Source: a virus
Reading direction: 5' to 3' (one strand)
Length of the DNA: 64,000 bases
IMG/VR virus record: IMGVR_UViG_3300020160_001966
Location: 52,360-116,359 of that record
The stretch's first letter is position 1, and each line of letters opens with the position of its first letter. Both the position numbers and the translations under genes were made by a program. The notes below the pieces were generated by a model. The model saw only the letters and a list, made by a program, of their open reading frames with translations, ran no database searches and had not been told where the DNA came from. Positions 9,492 through 18,640 of the stretch are shown piece by piece.

Positions 9492-9812
9492 TTAAACACC
9501 CCAACTTGTACCACCGAAAGGATTGCTCCATCCAGTAGTTGTTTTTTGTCCTATTTCAGCTGGAATGGGTAAAGGTTTTTGTGGTTGATTATCTGTGATT
9601 TTTTGCAAAGGAACTCCAAACAAATTTTGATTATCTTTATTGTCAAAATGAGTCTCTTTCATTTTTGAATAACTATCTCTTTTATCTATAGTAGCGTAAA
9701 AAGTTTCAATACAATTTACAATATAATCACATAGAATGTAATCTGGAGTATTACATTTATTGTCTAAAGAAAATTTATTAATTAAATCTGTTAGTTCTTT
9801 CTTAAATTCCAT
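9492..9812 (-). CDS. Hypothetical protein
   Basis: Open frame; NTPDYIL motif. Confidence 0.5.
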   Translation of the reverse strand: MEFKKELTDLINKFSLDNKCNTPDYILCDYIVNCIETFYATIDKRDSYSKMKETHFDNKDNQNLFGVPLQKITDNQPQKPLPIPAEIGQKTTTGWSNPFGGTSWGV

Positions 9813-9841
9813 ATTAAAATTTAGAAAGATTTTTTAAAAAA

Positions 9842-10204
9842 TCAAACCAAACCGAAAGATTTTTTAACTAATAAATTAATCCATCTATCAAAAGACTCTT
9901 TGACTATGGATTTTTTCTTTTTCTTTTTGTCCATGAAAGCTTTTTTCATAGGTTCTTTTTTATTACCATCTCTATCAACATCCAAATAATCTGGTTTTCT
10001 AGATTCTTTTATTTGTTTCTTTTTTGGAATTTTTGCACCAGACTCTTTAGCTTTATTTAAAGAAATAGCCACTGCTTGTTTTTGAGCTTTTTTCTTCGTT
10101 TTGGGTTTAGAAGTCCCAATTTTACCAGTTTTCTTATATTTCCCCATTTCAGATTTAATGTTTTTGGAGATTGTTTCTTTAGATTTTCCTTTTTTAAGTG
10201 GCAT
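9842..10204 (-). CDS. Small Lys-rich basic (DNA-binding/core-like) protein
   Basis: MPLKKGKSKETISKNI..., DYLDVDRDGNKKEPMKKA; TAAATA 8 nt upstream. Confidence 0.6.
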   Translation of the reverse strand: MPLKKGKSKETISKNIKSEMGKYKKTGKIGTSKPKTKKKAQKQAVAISLNKAKESGAKIPKKKQIKESRKPDYLDVDRDGNKKEPMKKAFMDKKKKKKSIVKESFDRWINLLVKKSFGLV

Positions 10205-10218
10205 AGTGAAATTATTTA

Positions 10219-10692
10219 TTATTTTTGAAGTGTTTTTCTATACAAATTTAAAATATCCTCATCATTTAAACCCATTTGCTTTAGATAAGTTTCTATGAAA
10301 GATATATCATTTGATGTTATTGCTTGTTGAACATCTGCGGATTCCAAATCCTTACCAAGTTCTTTCAATTTTTCGACAAGGTGTTTTTTAAATGTTGAAA
10401 GTCTTGAGCTATTAATTTTCGTTGCTTTTCCAGTTTCTTGAGTATTTTCATCTTCAACAGGCTCCAAATTAGACTTAGAGACAGTTTGAATAGGATTAAT
10501 TCCTGTTGGAGTGTTGATAATGAAAACTTTGAACTCTGTGGGAGAACCTCCACATTCTTGCAATACATATCCTTCATAATAAGGTGAATTGATTATACCC
10601 AACTTCTCAGACCACATAGGATCTACCTTAATGCGGACTTTTTGAAGTTTTGTTGTTCCAATCGCTTTTTCCAACAGGTTTAAAAATTTCAC
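10219..10692 (-). CDS. Hypothetical with capsid-targeting-like leader
   Basis: MKFLNLLEK; TATAAATA (10698-10705, minus) 5 nt before GTG. Confidence 0.55.
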   Translation of the reverse strand: MKFLNLLEKAIGTTKLQKVRIKVDPMWSEKLGIINSPYYEGYVLQECGGSPTEFKVFIINTPTGINPIQTVSKSNLEPVEDENTQETGKATKINSSRLSTFKKHLVEKLKELGKDLESADVQQAITSNDISFIETYLKQMGLNDEDILNLYRKTLQK

Positions 10693-10727
10693 TTAATTAT
10701 TTATACAAATGATGTATTAAAATTCAT

Positions 10728-11138
10728 TTAGTCTTTTTTACTAACATCAACCAACCCACCATTTATTTTAATAAATGGTTCTCCCAATAACACCTTATAT
10801 TCATTTTCCGTTCTATCCGCAATTGAAAATGGAACGTTGGAATATTTTTTACCATTTATAGAAACATTAAATTCAACCACTGGTCTATTTTCTTTATTGC
10901 CAGATCCTATATGTATTTTTATATCGTCTTTAAATGGACATGTTATTATTTTCCCATCTATGGTTTCGAACGTAACTTGTCCGTTTTTAGTAGCTTTGAC
11001 TATACCATGTAAAACATTGTGTGCGGTATTTCCAGTATCTGTTTTTGCTTTTAAAAATCCAATACCTTCAATTTCAATATCCTCTACAATACCTAGAGCT
11101 TTTTCTAAAATAGTTTTATATAGTTTTATAAATTTCAC
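10728..11138 (-). CDS. Retropepsin-like aspartic protease (RimK-associated family)
   Basis: AKTDTGN catalytic motif, R.V.F.V.I..., FSIADR, YKVLLG..F. Confidence 0.75.
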   Translation of the reverse strand: MKFIKLYKTILEKALGIVEDIEIEGIGFLKAKTDTGNTAHNVLHGIVKATKNGQVTFETIDGKIITCPFKDDIKIHIGSGNKENRPVVEFNVSINGKKYSNVPFSIADRTENEYKVLLGEPFIKINGGLVDVSKKD

Positions 11139-11142
11139 TTGA

Positions 11143-11160
11143 ATTATTTATATAAATAAT
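11143..11160. promoter_or_regulatory. Palindromic back-to-back late promoters
   Basis: Perfect 18-bp palindrome ATTATTTATATAAATAAT; TATAAATA on each strand 6 and 5 nt from divergent GTG starts. Confidence 0.7.
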
Positions 11161-11163
11161 AAG

Positions 11164-12777
11164 GTGAATAAAGATTGTTATTTAATTTTTGAACAATATA
11201 GATTAATTTCAGAAAATTTAATTCTAGAAAATGTACAAAAGGCTATAGAAATAAGAAACAAATATTACCCATCTTTAAAATATCAAGGAGAATTGATAGG
11301 AGATTATGAAGTTGAGGAAATATACAACGCCTTGGCTAGACAGCAAGTGGCGAAAACGATATATTTGAATTGGATATTCCTTTTAATACAAAATCGTGTT
11401 CCTAGAATAATGGAAGATTTACAAACAATAGCCAAAAATTTAAAAGTTTTTAATTCCAAGAGTAGTAAAATAGCAGCAGATGGATACCCAACTCAACTTT
11501 TCAAACCAAATAAAGAATTAATATATAAAACACCTCAAGACTTATATAAAGTTGTTGAAAATTATATGAATACTGATGATGTTGGTGAAAGAGGATTGTT
11601 AAAAACAGCTGAATATTTGAAATCAAAAGGAGAAGTTGGAAAAATTTATGAAGATGATGTTTATGCGGTTTATACTCCAAAAACATATGATGCATCGAAA
11701 GAATTAGCGTGTTTGACTAATTGGTGTACTAGGTTTCCAGACATGTATAAAAGATATTCTGGTGATGGACCTTTATATATTATTTTAAACAAACAATCTC
11801 TTGGCAATACGGAAGATAATAATAGAATGATACAATTTCATATTCCCTCAAAACAATTTAAAGATATAAAAGATAGAGAAATTAGAGAAAGACCCGTATT
11901 TATGAATAATTTGAAAGGTTTATTCAATACATTATACCCTAATGCATTATCTCAATTTAAAAAATTATCCAATGGTGAAATTGAAAGATCGGAATTAAGT
12001 GACGAAGCTAAACAATCTTTATATCTGATGCCTCAAGAATATAAAGAAGGATTGAATTTACCTTGTGGTGAAATGGAAGAAAAAATAGCCTCTGAATTAG
12101 GTGTTGATTGTGCTTTGGTTTTTGAAACTGACGGAAGATATGAAGTCAATGGTGAAATTTATGAGGTGCAAGAAGTATCACAAGTTAAAAATCAAGCAGT
12201 AGAAGGTATATTAGATTCTGGACTGGAAAGTGATTGGTTTTACAAAAATGTTTTAGATTATGGTAGACAGTATTCATGGGAAACAATTTACCGAAAAGAA
12301 GAATACGAAAACACACATTGGAATCAAAGAAAATATGAATTTGAAGATTTATTTGGAAATGATAATTATGTTGAAATTTATAATGAACATTTAAAACCTT
12401 ATCTGTCTGAAGAAGAAGAATATAAAGTTAGAAAAGCTACAGAATATGGTTACGATACATGGGTTGAAACAAAATTACCACCAAAAGTTTACGATGAGTA
12501 TGATTTGGAAGATGGTTCTTATTTGAAAGATGTCCCATATGAAGTGTATATAAGTTTCATGGAAGACTTTAGAGGAGATAATCCCATAAAATGGTATGTT
12601 GAAGAAAGAGGAGATAACGTTCAAGACATACCTAACATAGATTTGGATGCAGCTGTTGGTGAATTTGTTGAAAATTTAAATTGGGATGACTTGGTATCAT
12701 GGTCAGGAAGCTACGATGGTACAGGTTATAATTTTGATTTAAACGGTACGGAATATATGTTATACAGGATGGAGTAG
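11164..12777 (+). CDS. Large hypothetical (PcfJ-like central motif, acidic C-terminus)
   Basis: YEDDVYAVYTPKTYDAS...TNWCTR...Y...GPLYII; leader MNKDCYLIFEQY...LILE. Confidence 0.5.
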   Translation: MNKDCYLIFEQYRLISENLILENVQKAIEIRNKYYPSLKYQGELIGDYEVEEIYNALARQQVAKTIYLNWIFLLIQNRVPRIMEDLQTIAKNLKVFNSKSSKIAADGYPTQLFKPNKELIYKTPQDLYKVVENYMNTDDVGERGLLKTAEYLKSKGEVGKIYEDDVYAVYTPKTYDASKELACLTNWCTRFPDMYKRYSGDGPLYIILNKQSLGNTEDNNRMIQFHIPSKQFKDIKDREIRERPVFMNNLKGLFNTLYPNALSQFKKLSNGEIERSELSDEAKQSLYLMPQEYKEGLNLPCGEMEEKIASELGVDCALVFETDGRYEVNGEIYEVQEVSQVKNQAVEGILDSGLESDWFYKNVLDYGRQYSWETIYRKEEYENTHWNQRKYEFEDLFGNDNYVEIYNEHLKPYLSEEEEYKVRKATEYGYDTWVETKLPPKVYDEYDLEDGSYLKDVPYEVYISFMEDFRGDNPIKWYVEERGDNVQDIPNIDLDAAVGEFVENLNWDDLVSWSGSYDGTGYNFDLNGTEYMLYRME

Positions 12778-12780
12778 TAA

Positions 12781-13059
12781 TTACCAATTTTTACAACTTA
12801 AATATTTTGCCGTACCTGGCTTTGCCGTAGAGCATTTATGTCTAGCTCGAAAAGATTTTTTACGTTTTGTATTTCCACTCTTTCCAGTAACTTTCACACC
12901 CTTTTGCCCAAAATGTACTCTTTTATAACCTTTTCCTTTTGGGTTTTTCACACACTGCATCCATTTTTTACCTTTGGCTGTTGAAGATGTTTTTTTAGTT
13001 GGGCCAGTACATTTTGAGGATTCTAATAAAACATTAACCAATTGATCGAAATTATTCAT
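12781..13059 (-). CDS. Small basic Cys-containing protein
   Basis: MNNFDQLVNVLLES; VHFGQKG...RKKSFRARHKC...YLSCKNW. Confidence 0.6.
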   Translation of the reverse strand: MNNFDQLVNVLLESSKCTGPTKKTSSTAKGKKWMQCVKNPKGKGYKRVHFGQKGVKVTGKSGNTKRKKSFRARHKCSTAKPGTAKYLSCKNW

Positions 13060-13064
13060 AAAAC

Positions 13065-13084
13065 TATTTATTATTTAATAAATA
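13065..13084. promoter_or_regulatory. Divergent late promoter pair
   Basis: TAAATA on minus (13065-13070) and plus (13079-13084), each 5 nt from an ATG (13059, 13090). Confidence 0.6.
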
Positions 13085-13089
13085 ATAAT

Positions 13090-13695
13090 ATGAGTAGAAA
13101 AAATAGTCTTTTGGAAATTTCCAAAGCTTATGAACAAATTTTAAACGAAATGAATATTGGGATAGATTCATCTGCTCAAAACACTTTGTTGAAAAACACA
13201 ATGAAGCCATATGCATCCGAAAAAAAAGAATATCAATTCGTGATTCCCAAAAAACAATCTTCTAAACAAATGTTTAATACAGCTATGAAAGGGGATTTAG
13301 AAGGTGGTAAATGCCCTTGCGATTCCAATAAATGTGGAGAGCAAAATGACGAAGAAGAATCCAATGAAGATTCCAATTTAAACATGGCAAAATCAGAAAC
13401 TTATAAAATATTAAATTATGCAAAAGATTTGATGGAATTGTTGGAAAAAACTGATAAAATAGAGGCATGGATGTTAGCAAAATTAGTAAATGCAGCAGAT
13501 TATTTGTGTTCAGTAAGAGGCGTATTGGAATACGAAGATTACGAACAAAATGTCAAACAGTGCGTTGATGATTTATCAAGTGATATGAAAATCGTAACCC
13601 ATATAAATAATATGCTTAGTGGAGAAAACGAACATGTTAATGAAGAAGTTTTAAAAAGAGCAATTTTTAATTTGGAGATATTAAGATCAAAATGA
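13090..13695 (+). CDS. Hypothetical, candidate head-associated protein
   Basis: Start MSRKNSLLEISKAYEQILNE at 13090; MAKSETYKI...EAWMLAKL..AADYL block. Confidence 0.55.
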   Translation: MSRKNSLLEISKAYEQILNEMNIGIDSSAQNTLLKNTMKPYASEKKEYQFVIPKKQSSKQMFNTAMKGDLEGGKCPCDSNKCGEQNDEEESNEDSNLNMAKSETYKILNYAKDLMELLEKTDKIEAWMLAKLVNAADYLCSVRGVLEYEDYEQNVKQCVDDLSSDMKIVTHINNMLSGENEHVNEEVLKRAIFNLEILRSK

Positions 13696-14078
13696 GTAGA
13701 TTTCACACATTATTAAACAGAGCGTATAGGGAGATAATAACAGAACAAGAACAACCTCCAGTTCCACAAGGAACCCCTGAACAAGCAGTACCAACACCTA
13801 TTCCAGAAGTTCCTGAAACTCAACCACAACCTCAATCCCCAATTAAACCTTTAACATCAGAAGGTGAAACAGTTTTGGTTAGAATATTAGCTAAAGCTAT
13901 ATTAGTGGATATAACAGATCCAGTAGATGAACTTTCTGTTAAAGATATTTCTGAGAACAAAATCAATGCAGAAAACGCCCAAGAGTCTTTAACAAAATTA
14001 GTATCTATCATAAGAAAATATGATCAATCTGTTTCTAATGAGTTAGATATAGACAAGATTTTTCAATCAACTAAATAA
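13692..14078 (+). CDS. Hypothetical with leader and Pro/Gln-rich linker
   Basis: MSRFHTLLNRAYREIITEQ; ATGA overlap with previous gene. Confidence 0.55.
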   Translation: MSRFHTLLNRAYREIITEQEQPPVPQGTPEQAVPTPIPEVPETQPQPQSPIKPLTSEGETVLVRILAKAILVDITDPVDELSVKDISENKINAENAQESLTKLVSIIRKYDQSVSNELDIDKIFQSTK

Positions 14079-14532
14079 TTAAGTATAAACCAACTTTCCA
14101 TTTAATTATTTTTTCTTTTAAATCGGAGCATTTTAGATTTTTATCTAGAATATTTTGTATTTTTTTAAATGAAATATTGTTATTCTCATAAAAAAGATCC
14201 GATTTTATAGACAATTCTTTTATGAAACCTTTAGAGAAATCACTTTCATCATGGTATATTTCTGGAATTTGAAATATTTTACTTATTTTATTAATAATGA
14301 ACTTTTCATCTAATTCCAACACTGAATGTAATAGTATGGGTTTTTTAATATTTTTATCTAAAATAAAATTTAATACATGCTTAACGGAAAAATATAAAAA
14401 TATGTTTCTTTTTGTATTTTTCTTTTGCTCTTTAAAATCTATTTCAAATTGCTTACAGAAACACTCAACGTCTTCCGAGATTTTTTGTTTCAGCTTAGAA
14501 AAATTTACTATTCTAAATTCTATATTCTCCAT
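14071..14532 (-). CDS. Hypothetical protein
   Basis: Open frame filling the gap. Confidence 0.45.
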   Translation of the reverse strand: MENIEFRIVNFSKLKQKISEDVECFCKQFEIDFKEQKKNTKRNIFLYFSVKHVLNFILDKNIKKPILLHSVLELDEKFIINKISKIFQIPEIYHDESDFSKGFIKELSIKSDLFYENNNISFKKIQNILDKNLKCSDLKEKIIKWKVGLYLII

Positions 14533-14597
14533 ATTCTAAGTATAGAACTATATCAAAAACTCCCACAGAATTATTATAGTGAGTGAATGTGTAAAAG

Positions 14598-15083
14598 TCA
14601 ATAGGTAAAATTTTTCTTTTTTGATAATCTTACGTTAATTATTCCATTTATTGATTTTTCCTCAAAGAGACAATTGTTATCTACTTGATATTTCATTTCA
14701 CAATATTTCAATTCAAATTTTCCACCTCTAACTATAGTTAGAATTTCAAAATTGATATTTTCTTTACCTTTTTTTGAAATATAATCCTTAATATAATTAG
14801 AAGACGATGAGTAATCTTTCCAATCGCTTTCAACTATTCGCCTTCTGGCATTTGTTCTACCCTTTAATGGTTTTAACTTTTTTTTTGAATTGAATTGTTT
14901 AGATCCTATATACCAGCAACCGTCAGGTAGTGTTATTTTGTAAACAAATCCGAATAAATTAGAATTTAAATTACCAAAATAGTTTATATTTTCGGCAATA
15001 ATCCAGTGTCCACATTCTTTAAGATCTATTTCTAGTTCTTTTGTTTCTTTTTCGTTTTCTTCTTTTGGCGTTTTTTTTGGCAT
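14598..15083 (-). CDS. GIY-YIG-like nuclease-domain protein (start uncertain)
   Basis: FGFVYKIT...WYIGSKQF...ESDWKDYSSSS...E. Confidence 0.55.
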   Translation of the reverse strand: MPKKTPKEENEKETKELEIDLKECGHWIIAENINYFGNLNSNLFGFVYKITLPDGCWYIGSKQFNSKKKLKPLKGRTNARRRIVESDWKDYSSSSNYIKDYISKKGKENINFEILTIVRGGKFELKYCEMKYQVDNNCLFEEKSINGIINVRLSKKKNFTY

Positions 15084-15255
15084 TTCTTTTAAATGTTCCT
15101 AACACGTGTGCTATTTGTGTGCTTCCACTATTCCAAAAATCACTGTTACCAAAATCCCCTCCGTGATTAAATGAAGACCCATCCCCAAAAACCCCACCTC
15201 CTCCAGAGGCGTTATCTTCTAAAATAGTGTTAACTGTTGCATCAAAAAGTCTCAT
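15019..15255 (-). CDS. Small Gly-rich protein with basic tail and leader
   Basis: MRLFDATVNTILED; C-terminal KRRKRKRNKR. Confidence 0.5.
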   Translation of the reverse strand: MRLFDATVNTILEDNASGGGGVFGDGSSFNHGGDFGNSDFWNSGSTQIAHVLGTFKRNAKKNAKRRKRKRNKRTRNRS

Positions 15256-15262
15256 TTGACAA

Positions 15263-15691
15263 ATGGATAATTTATATTATAATTATTTAATTAAATATAT
15301 GTCTTTATCAAATTTTATAGAAGAATTGAAGAACGATTGTATTGTGGATGAGATAAATTTGAAAGAATCTGCATTATTGTTACCAGCTAAAAAGGCGAAA
15401 TGGGTTTCTAGGTTAATTTTACATAAAAATGAGCTAATAAAATTGGAGAATGATAAAAAAAACATGTTAAATTCTATAATGGATGACTTAAAAAAGAATT
15501 CAGTGACTTCATTATCTCAACCAGTATTGAAAAATATTGCAGAAAAAGATCCAAATATGAGATCTATAGATGAAAAAATTGAAAATAGTAAAAATAATAT
15601 AGAATTTCTCGAAAGAGTTGAAAAAATTATAAGCTCCATGAGTTTTGATATAGGTAATATCATTAAAATTGTACAATTGGAGACAACATGA
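15263..15691 (+). CDS. uvsY: Recombination mediator UvsY
   Basis: DEINLKESAL..PAKKAKW...FLE...K...SM.FDI.NII; adjacent to uvsW. Confidence 0.7.
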   Translation: MDNLYYNYLIKYMSLSNFIEELKNDCIVDEINLKESALLLPAKKAKWVSRLILHKNELIKLENDKKNMLNSIMDDLKKNSVTSLSQPVLKNIAEKDPNMRSIDEKIENSKNNIEFLERVEKIISSMSFDIGNIIKIVQLETT

Positions 15692-17145
15692 TAGATATAA
15701 CTTTAGATTCGAAGAAAAATAAAGGAATATATTCTGGAAAATACTTTGATGAGATTAAAGAGTTCTTTTCTGTAAAAAACGATGCTGCAAAATTTGCAAG
15801 AAATAGATTTGTGCCATCTAGAAAATATGCCATAACTAGCACTGGTCGGTTTGACCCTTGCTTATTGAGTGAAATAATTAAATTTTTAGAACAAAAAACT
15901 GAAACAAAAATAAAAGATATTAAAATAGACCCTCTTTTATTGGATGAGAATATGCCATCCAATCGTGGATGGAGGCAAAACCCCGCATTTTCGTTAAATG
16001 AATATGAATTATCGTTAAAATTGAGGGATTATCAAAAGGATATCGTTGATAAATGTTTGAATTTGGGTAGAGGTACTGTTTTATTGGCGACAGCTGGTGG
16101 TAAAACGTTGGTTATGGCATCACTTTTGTCTAAAGTGTGGACAATGCATTCTTCTTTTAAGGTTTGTTTGATAGTTCCGAATAGAGGTTTGGTTGAACAG
16201 ACTAATAATGATTTCAACGATTATAAAGTACCCTTCACTTTTTCTAAGTGGACTGGCGACGATCCTTTGGATCTTACTAAGAATGTTATAATCTGTAACA
16301 GTTCCATTTTACAATCTAAAAAAAGTGATACGTCTTGGATGGAATTTGTCGATTTGTTGATGATTGACGAATGTCATCACTTGAAAAAGGATAATGAGAT
16401 AACGAAAATAGTAGATTCATGTAAAACCAAGTATAAATTTGGTTTTACTGGCACCTTACCAGAGGATAAAATAGATCAATGGTCTATTATAGGTAAAATA
16501 GGGCCAGTCATATATCAAAAAAGAAGTTTTGAATTGAGAGATCAGAAACATGTTGTACCTGCTATAGCCCAAATATTGGAAATTCATTATAAAACTAAAC
16601 CTGTTAGGAGTTTCGGTACTTTGCTGGCCACGGAAAACTATAAAAATGAAATAAACTTTATAAAAAGTAATAAATTCAGAAATAATGTTATAAAAAAAAT
16701 AGCCAAAAACTCGAATAATAACATATTAATATTGTTGGATTATCTGGATCATGGTGATATACTATACAATATATTGAAAAGCGAACTCAAAGATAAAGAA
16801 GTCTTTTATATAAAGGGTGAGGTTGATGTTTCTGATAGAGAAACGATGAGGAAGACTATGGAATGTAAAGATAACGTTGTCTGCATAGCTATTTCTAAAA
16901 TTTTCTCAACTGGTATAAATATAAAAAATTTACACTATATAGTTTTTGCTGGTGGTGGTAAATCCAAAATTAAAACGCTTCAAAGTATAGGTAGAGGATT
17001 GCGTTTACATGAAAAGAAAAATACTTTATACATAGTTGATATTGCAGATCAACTATATTATGGAATGCAGCATCAGAGTAAAAGAATCGAGTTTTATGAT
17101 CAAGAGAAAATATCTTCACAATTGTTAAAATTATATGAAAATTAA
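15688..17145 (+). CDS. uvsW: SF2 DNA helicase UvsW
   Basis: LRDYQ, ATAGGKT, DECH, FGFTGT, STGIN, QSIGRGLR. Confidence 0.9.
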   Translation: MIDITLDSKKNKGIYSGKYFDEIKEFFSVKNDAAKFARNRFVPSRKYAITSTGRFDPCLLSEIIKFLEQKTETKIKDIKIDPLLLDENMPSNRGWRQNPAFSLNEYELSLKLRDYQKDIVDKCLNLGRGTVLLATAGGKTLVMASLLSKVWTMHSSFKVCLIVPNRGLVEQTNNDFNDYKVPFTFSKWTGDDPLDLTKNVIICNSSILQSKKSDTSWMEFVDLLMIDECHHLKKDNEITKIVDSCKTKYKFGFTGTLPEDKIDQWSIIGKIGPVIYQKRSFELRDQKHVVPAIAQILEIHYKTKPVRSFGTLLATENYKNEINFIKSNKFRNNVIKKIAKNSNNNILILLDYLDHGDILYNILKSELKDKEVFYIKGEVDVSDRETMRKTMECKDNVVCIAISKIFSTGINIKNLHYIVFAGGGKSKIKTLQSIGRGLRLHEKKNTLYIVDIADQLYYGMQHQSKRIEFYDQEKISSQLLKLYEN

Positions 17146-17623
17146 AGAACCAGTTAAAGAACCAGTTAAGGAAAAAGTTAAAAGAAAAAAACAAGATAAG
17201 CCGCATTATGTCAATGCGAGAGAATTCGAAGATGCTTTGATAAAATATTATGATGATGATAAAATAAGCGATTATATTGGGCAGAGTTTACATAAAATAG
17301 CAACAGGGTTATCGTACGCTCCCAACTTTATAAATTATTCCTTCAAAGAAGATATGGTAGGTGATGCAGTTGTTAAAATGTACCAAGCCATATTGCATAA
17401 AAAATTTAAATTGAATAAAGGTTTTTCTCCTTTTGGTTATTTTACAACCATCGCATATCATGCTTTCATATGTCGAATAAAAAAGGAAAAGAAACATCAT
17501 GAGGTCATTGAAGAGTATAAGGAAAGAAACTTTGATTTAATGATGCAAGGTTCAGAGGATTTTCCCTCACATAAAGTTTATAGTAGACCAGCACCTTTGG
17601 ACAAAGCCGATTATACCTACTAA
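17135..17623 (+). CDS. gp55: Late-transcription sigma factor
   Basis: HYVN..EF, IA.GLS..PNFINYS.KEDM.GD, PF.YFT.I...AF..RI.KEKK. Confidence 0.9.
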   Translation: MKIKEPVKEPVKEKVKRKKQDKPHYVNAREFEDALIKYYDDDKISDYIGQSLHKIATGLSYAPNFINYSFKEDMVGDAVVKMYQAILHKKFKLNKGFSPFGYFTTIAYHAFICRIKKEKKHHEVIEEYKERNFDLMMQGSEDFPSHKVYSRPAPLDKADYTY

Positions 17624-17626
17624 TAA

Positions 17627-18640
17627 ATGAAAAAAATAGCGATATATAGCGATTTACATTTAGGTATACATCAGAATAATTCAAATTGGCACAAGATAGC
17701 CGATGAGTGGTCTGATTGGTTTATTGATGATTTAAAAAAACAAAATTTAGATACTTTGTTTTTTCTAGGAGATTATTTTCATTCTAGATCAGAGATATCT
17801 GTCAATACTCTTCATTTTGCATCGAGTATGATACATAAATTTAAAGATTTTGATATCAAAATGCTGGTTGGTAATCATTGTAGTTTTTATAAAGATAGGC
17901 CAGATATACATTCACTTTCCATATTTAAAGGATATTCCAATATTGAGATTGTGGATAAGCCTAAAAATTTTGAAATCTTTGGTAAAAACGTTTTTATGGC
18001 TCCTTGGGGTACTGAAATTGATCAGATAAATGATTGTGATGTATTGATGGGGCATTTTGAAATTGAATCGTTCAAAATGAATCCTTCAAAATTTTGCGAA
18101 CATGGTTTCACGGCTACTCAGTTGTTGAAAAAAACCCATCTTATATTCAGTGGCCATTTTCATTTGAGAGATGAACGAGAATATAAGAACGGTAAAATAG
18201 TATACGTTGGAAATCCTTTTCAAATGGATTTTGGTGATTATGGTGATAGCAAAGGTTATTATGTTTTAAATTTTGAAGATTTGAGCTATGATTTTTTTGA
18301 AAACAATATATCACCTAAACATAAAAAGGTTAAACTGTCTGAATTGGATACGAATAAAGATGCCATTTCTAATAATATTGTTAAAATTATTGTAGATAAA
18401 AAGATAGAAGATGGTGGATACGACAAATATTCTCAAAATGTATCTAATTTAAAACCCTTTTCTTTTTCTTTTGACAATTCTATGGATTTAGATGAGCCTA
18501 AATTAGATGAGGAATCTGAAAATATTGATATGTCTGGTGTTGATTTTTCCAAAGCTATAACAGATTTTGTCGATATTATGAACATCGACAATAAAGAAGA
18601 TGTTTTGAATTACATAATGGATTTATATAAAAGAATATGA
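17627..18640 (+). CDS. gp47: Recombination endonuclease subunit (Mre11/SbcD-like)
   Basis: SDLHLG, LGDYFH, VGNH, GHFE, SGHFH, YVGNP. Confidence 0.9.
   Translation: MKKIAIYSDLHLGIHQNNSNWHKIADEWSDWFIDDLKKQNLDTLFFLGDYFHSRSEISVNTLHFASSMIHKFKDFDIKMLVGNHCSFYKDRPDIHSLSIFKGYSNIEIVDKPKNFEIFGKNVFMAPWGTEIDQINDCDVLMGHFEIESFKMNPSKFCEHGFTATQLLKKTHLIFSGHFHLRDEREYKNGKIVYVGNPFQMDFGDYGDSKGYYVLNFEDLSYDFFENNISPKHKKVKLSELDTNKDAISNNIVKIIVDKKIEDGGYDKYSQNVSNLKPFSFSFDNSMDLDEPKLDEESENIDMSGVDFSKAITDFVDIMNIDNKEDVLNYIMDLYKRI

Noticed and set aside
15019-15083. Dual-coding overlap between the Gly-rich gene and the GIY-YIG-like gene
   Set aside because: Purine-rich low complexity keeps both frames open; the downstream start is uncertain, so no functional overlap is claimed.
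17144-17180. 12-nt tandem repeat (KEPV) at the gp55 N-terminus
   Set aside because: A short duplication in a variable terminus with no evident function.
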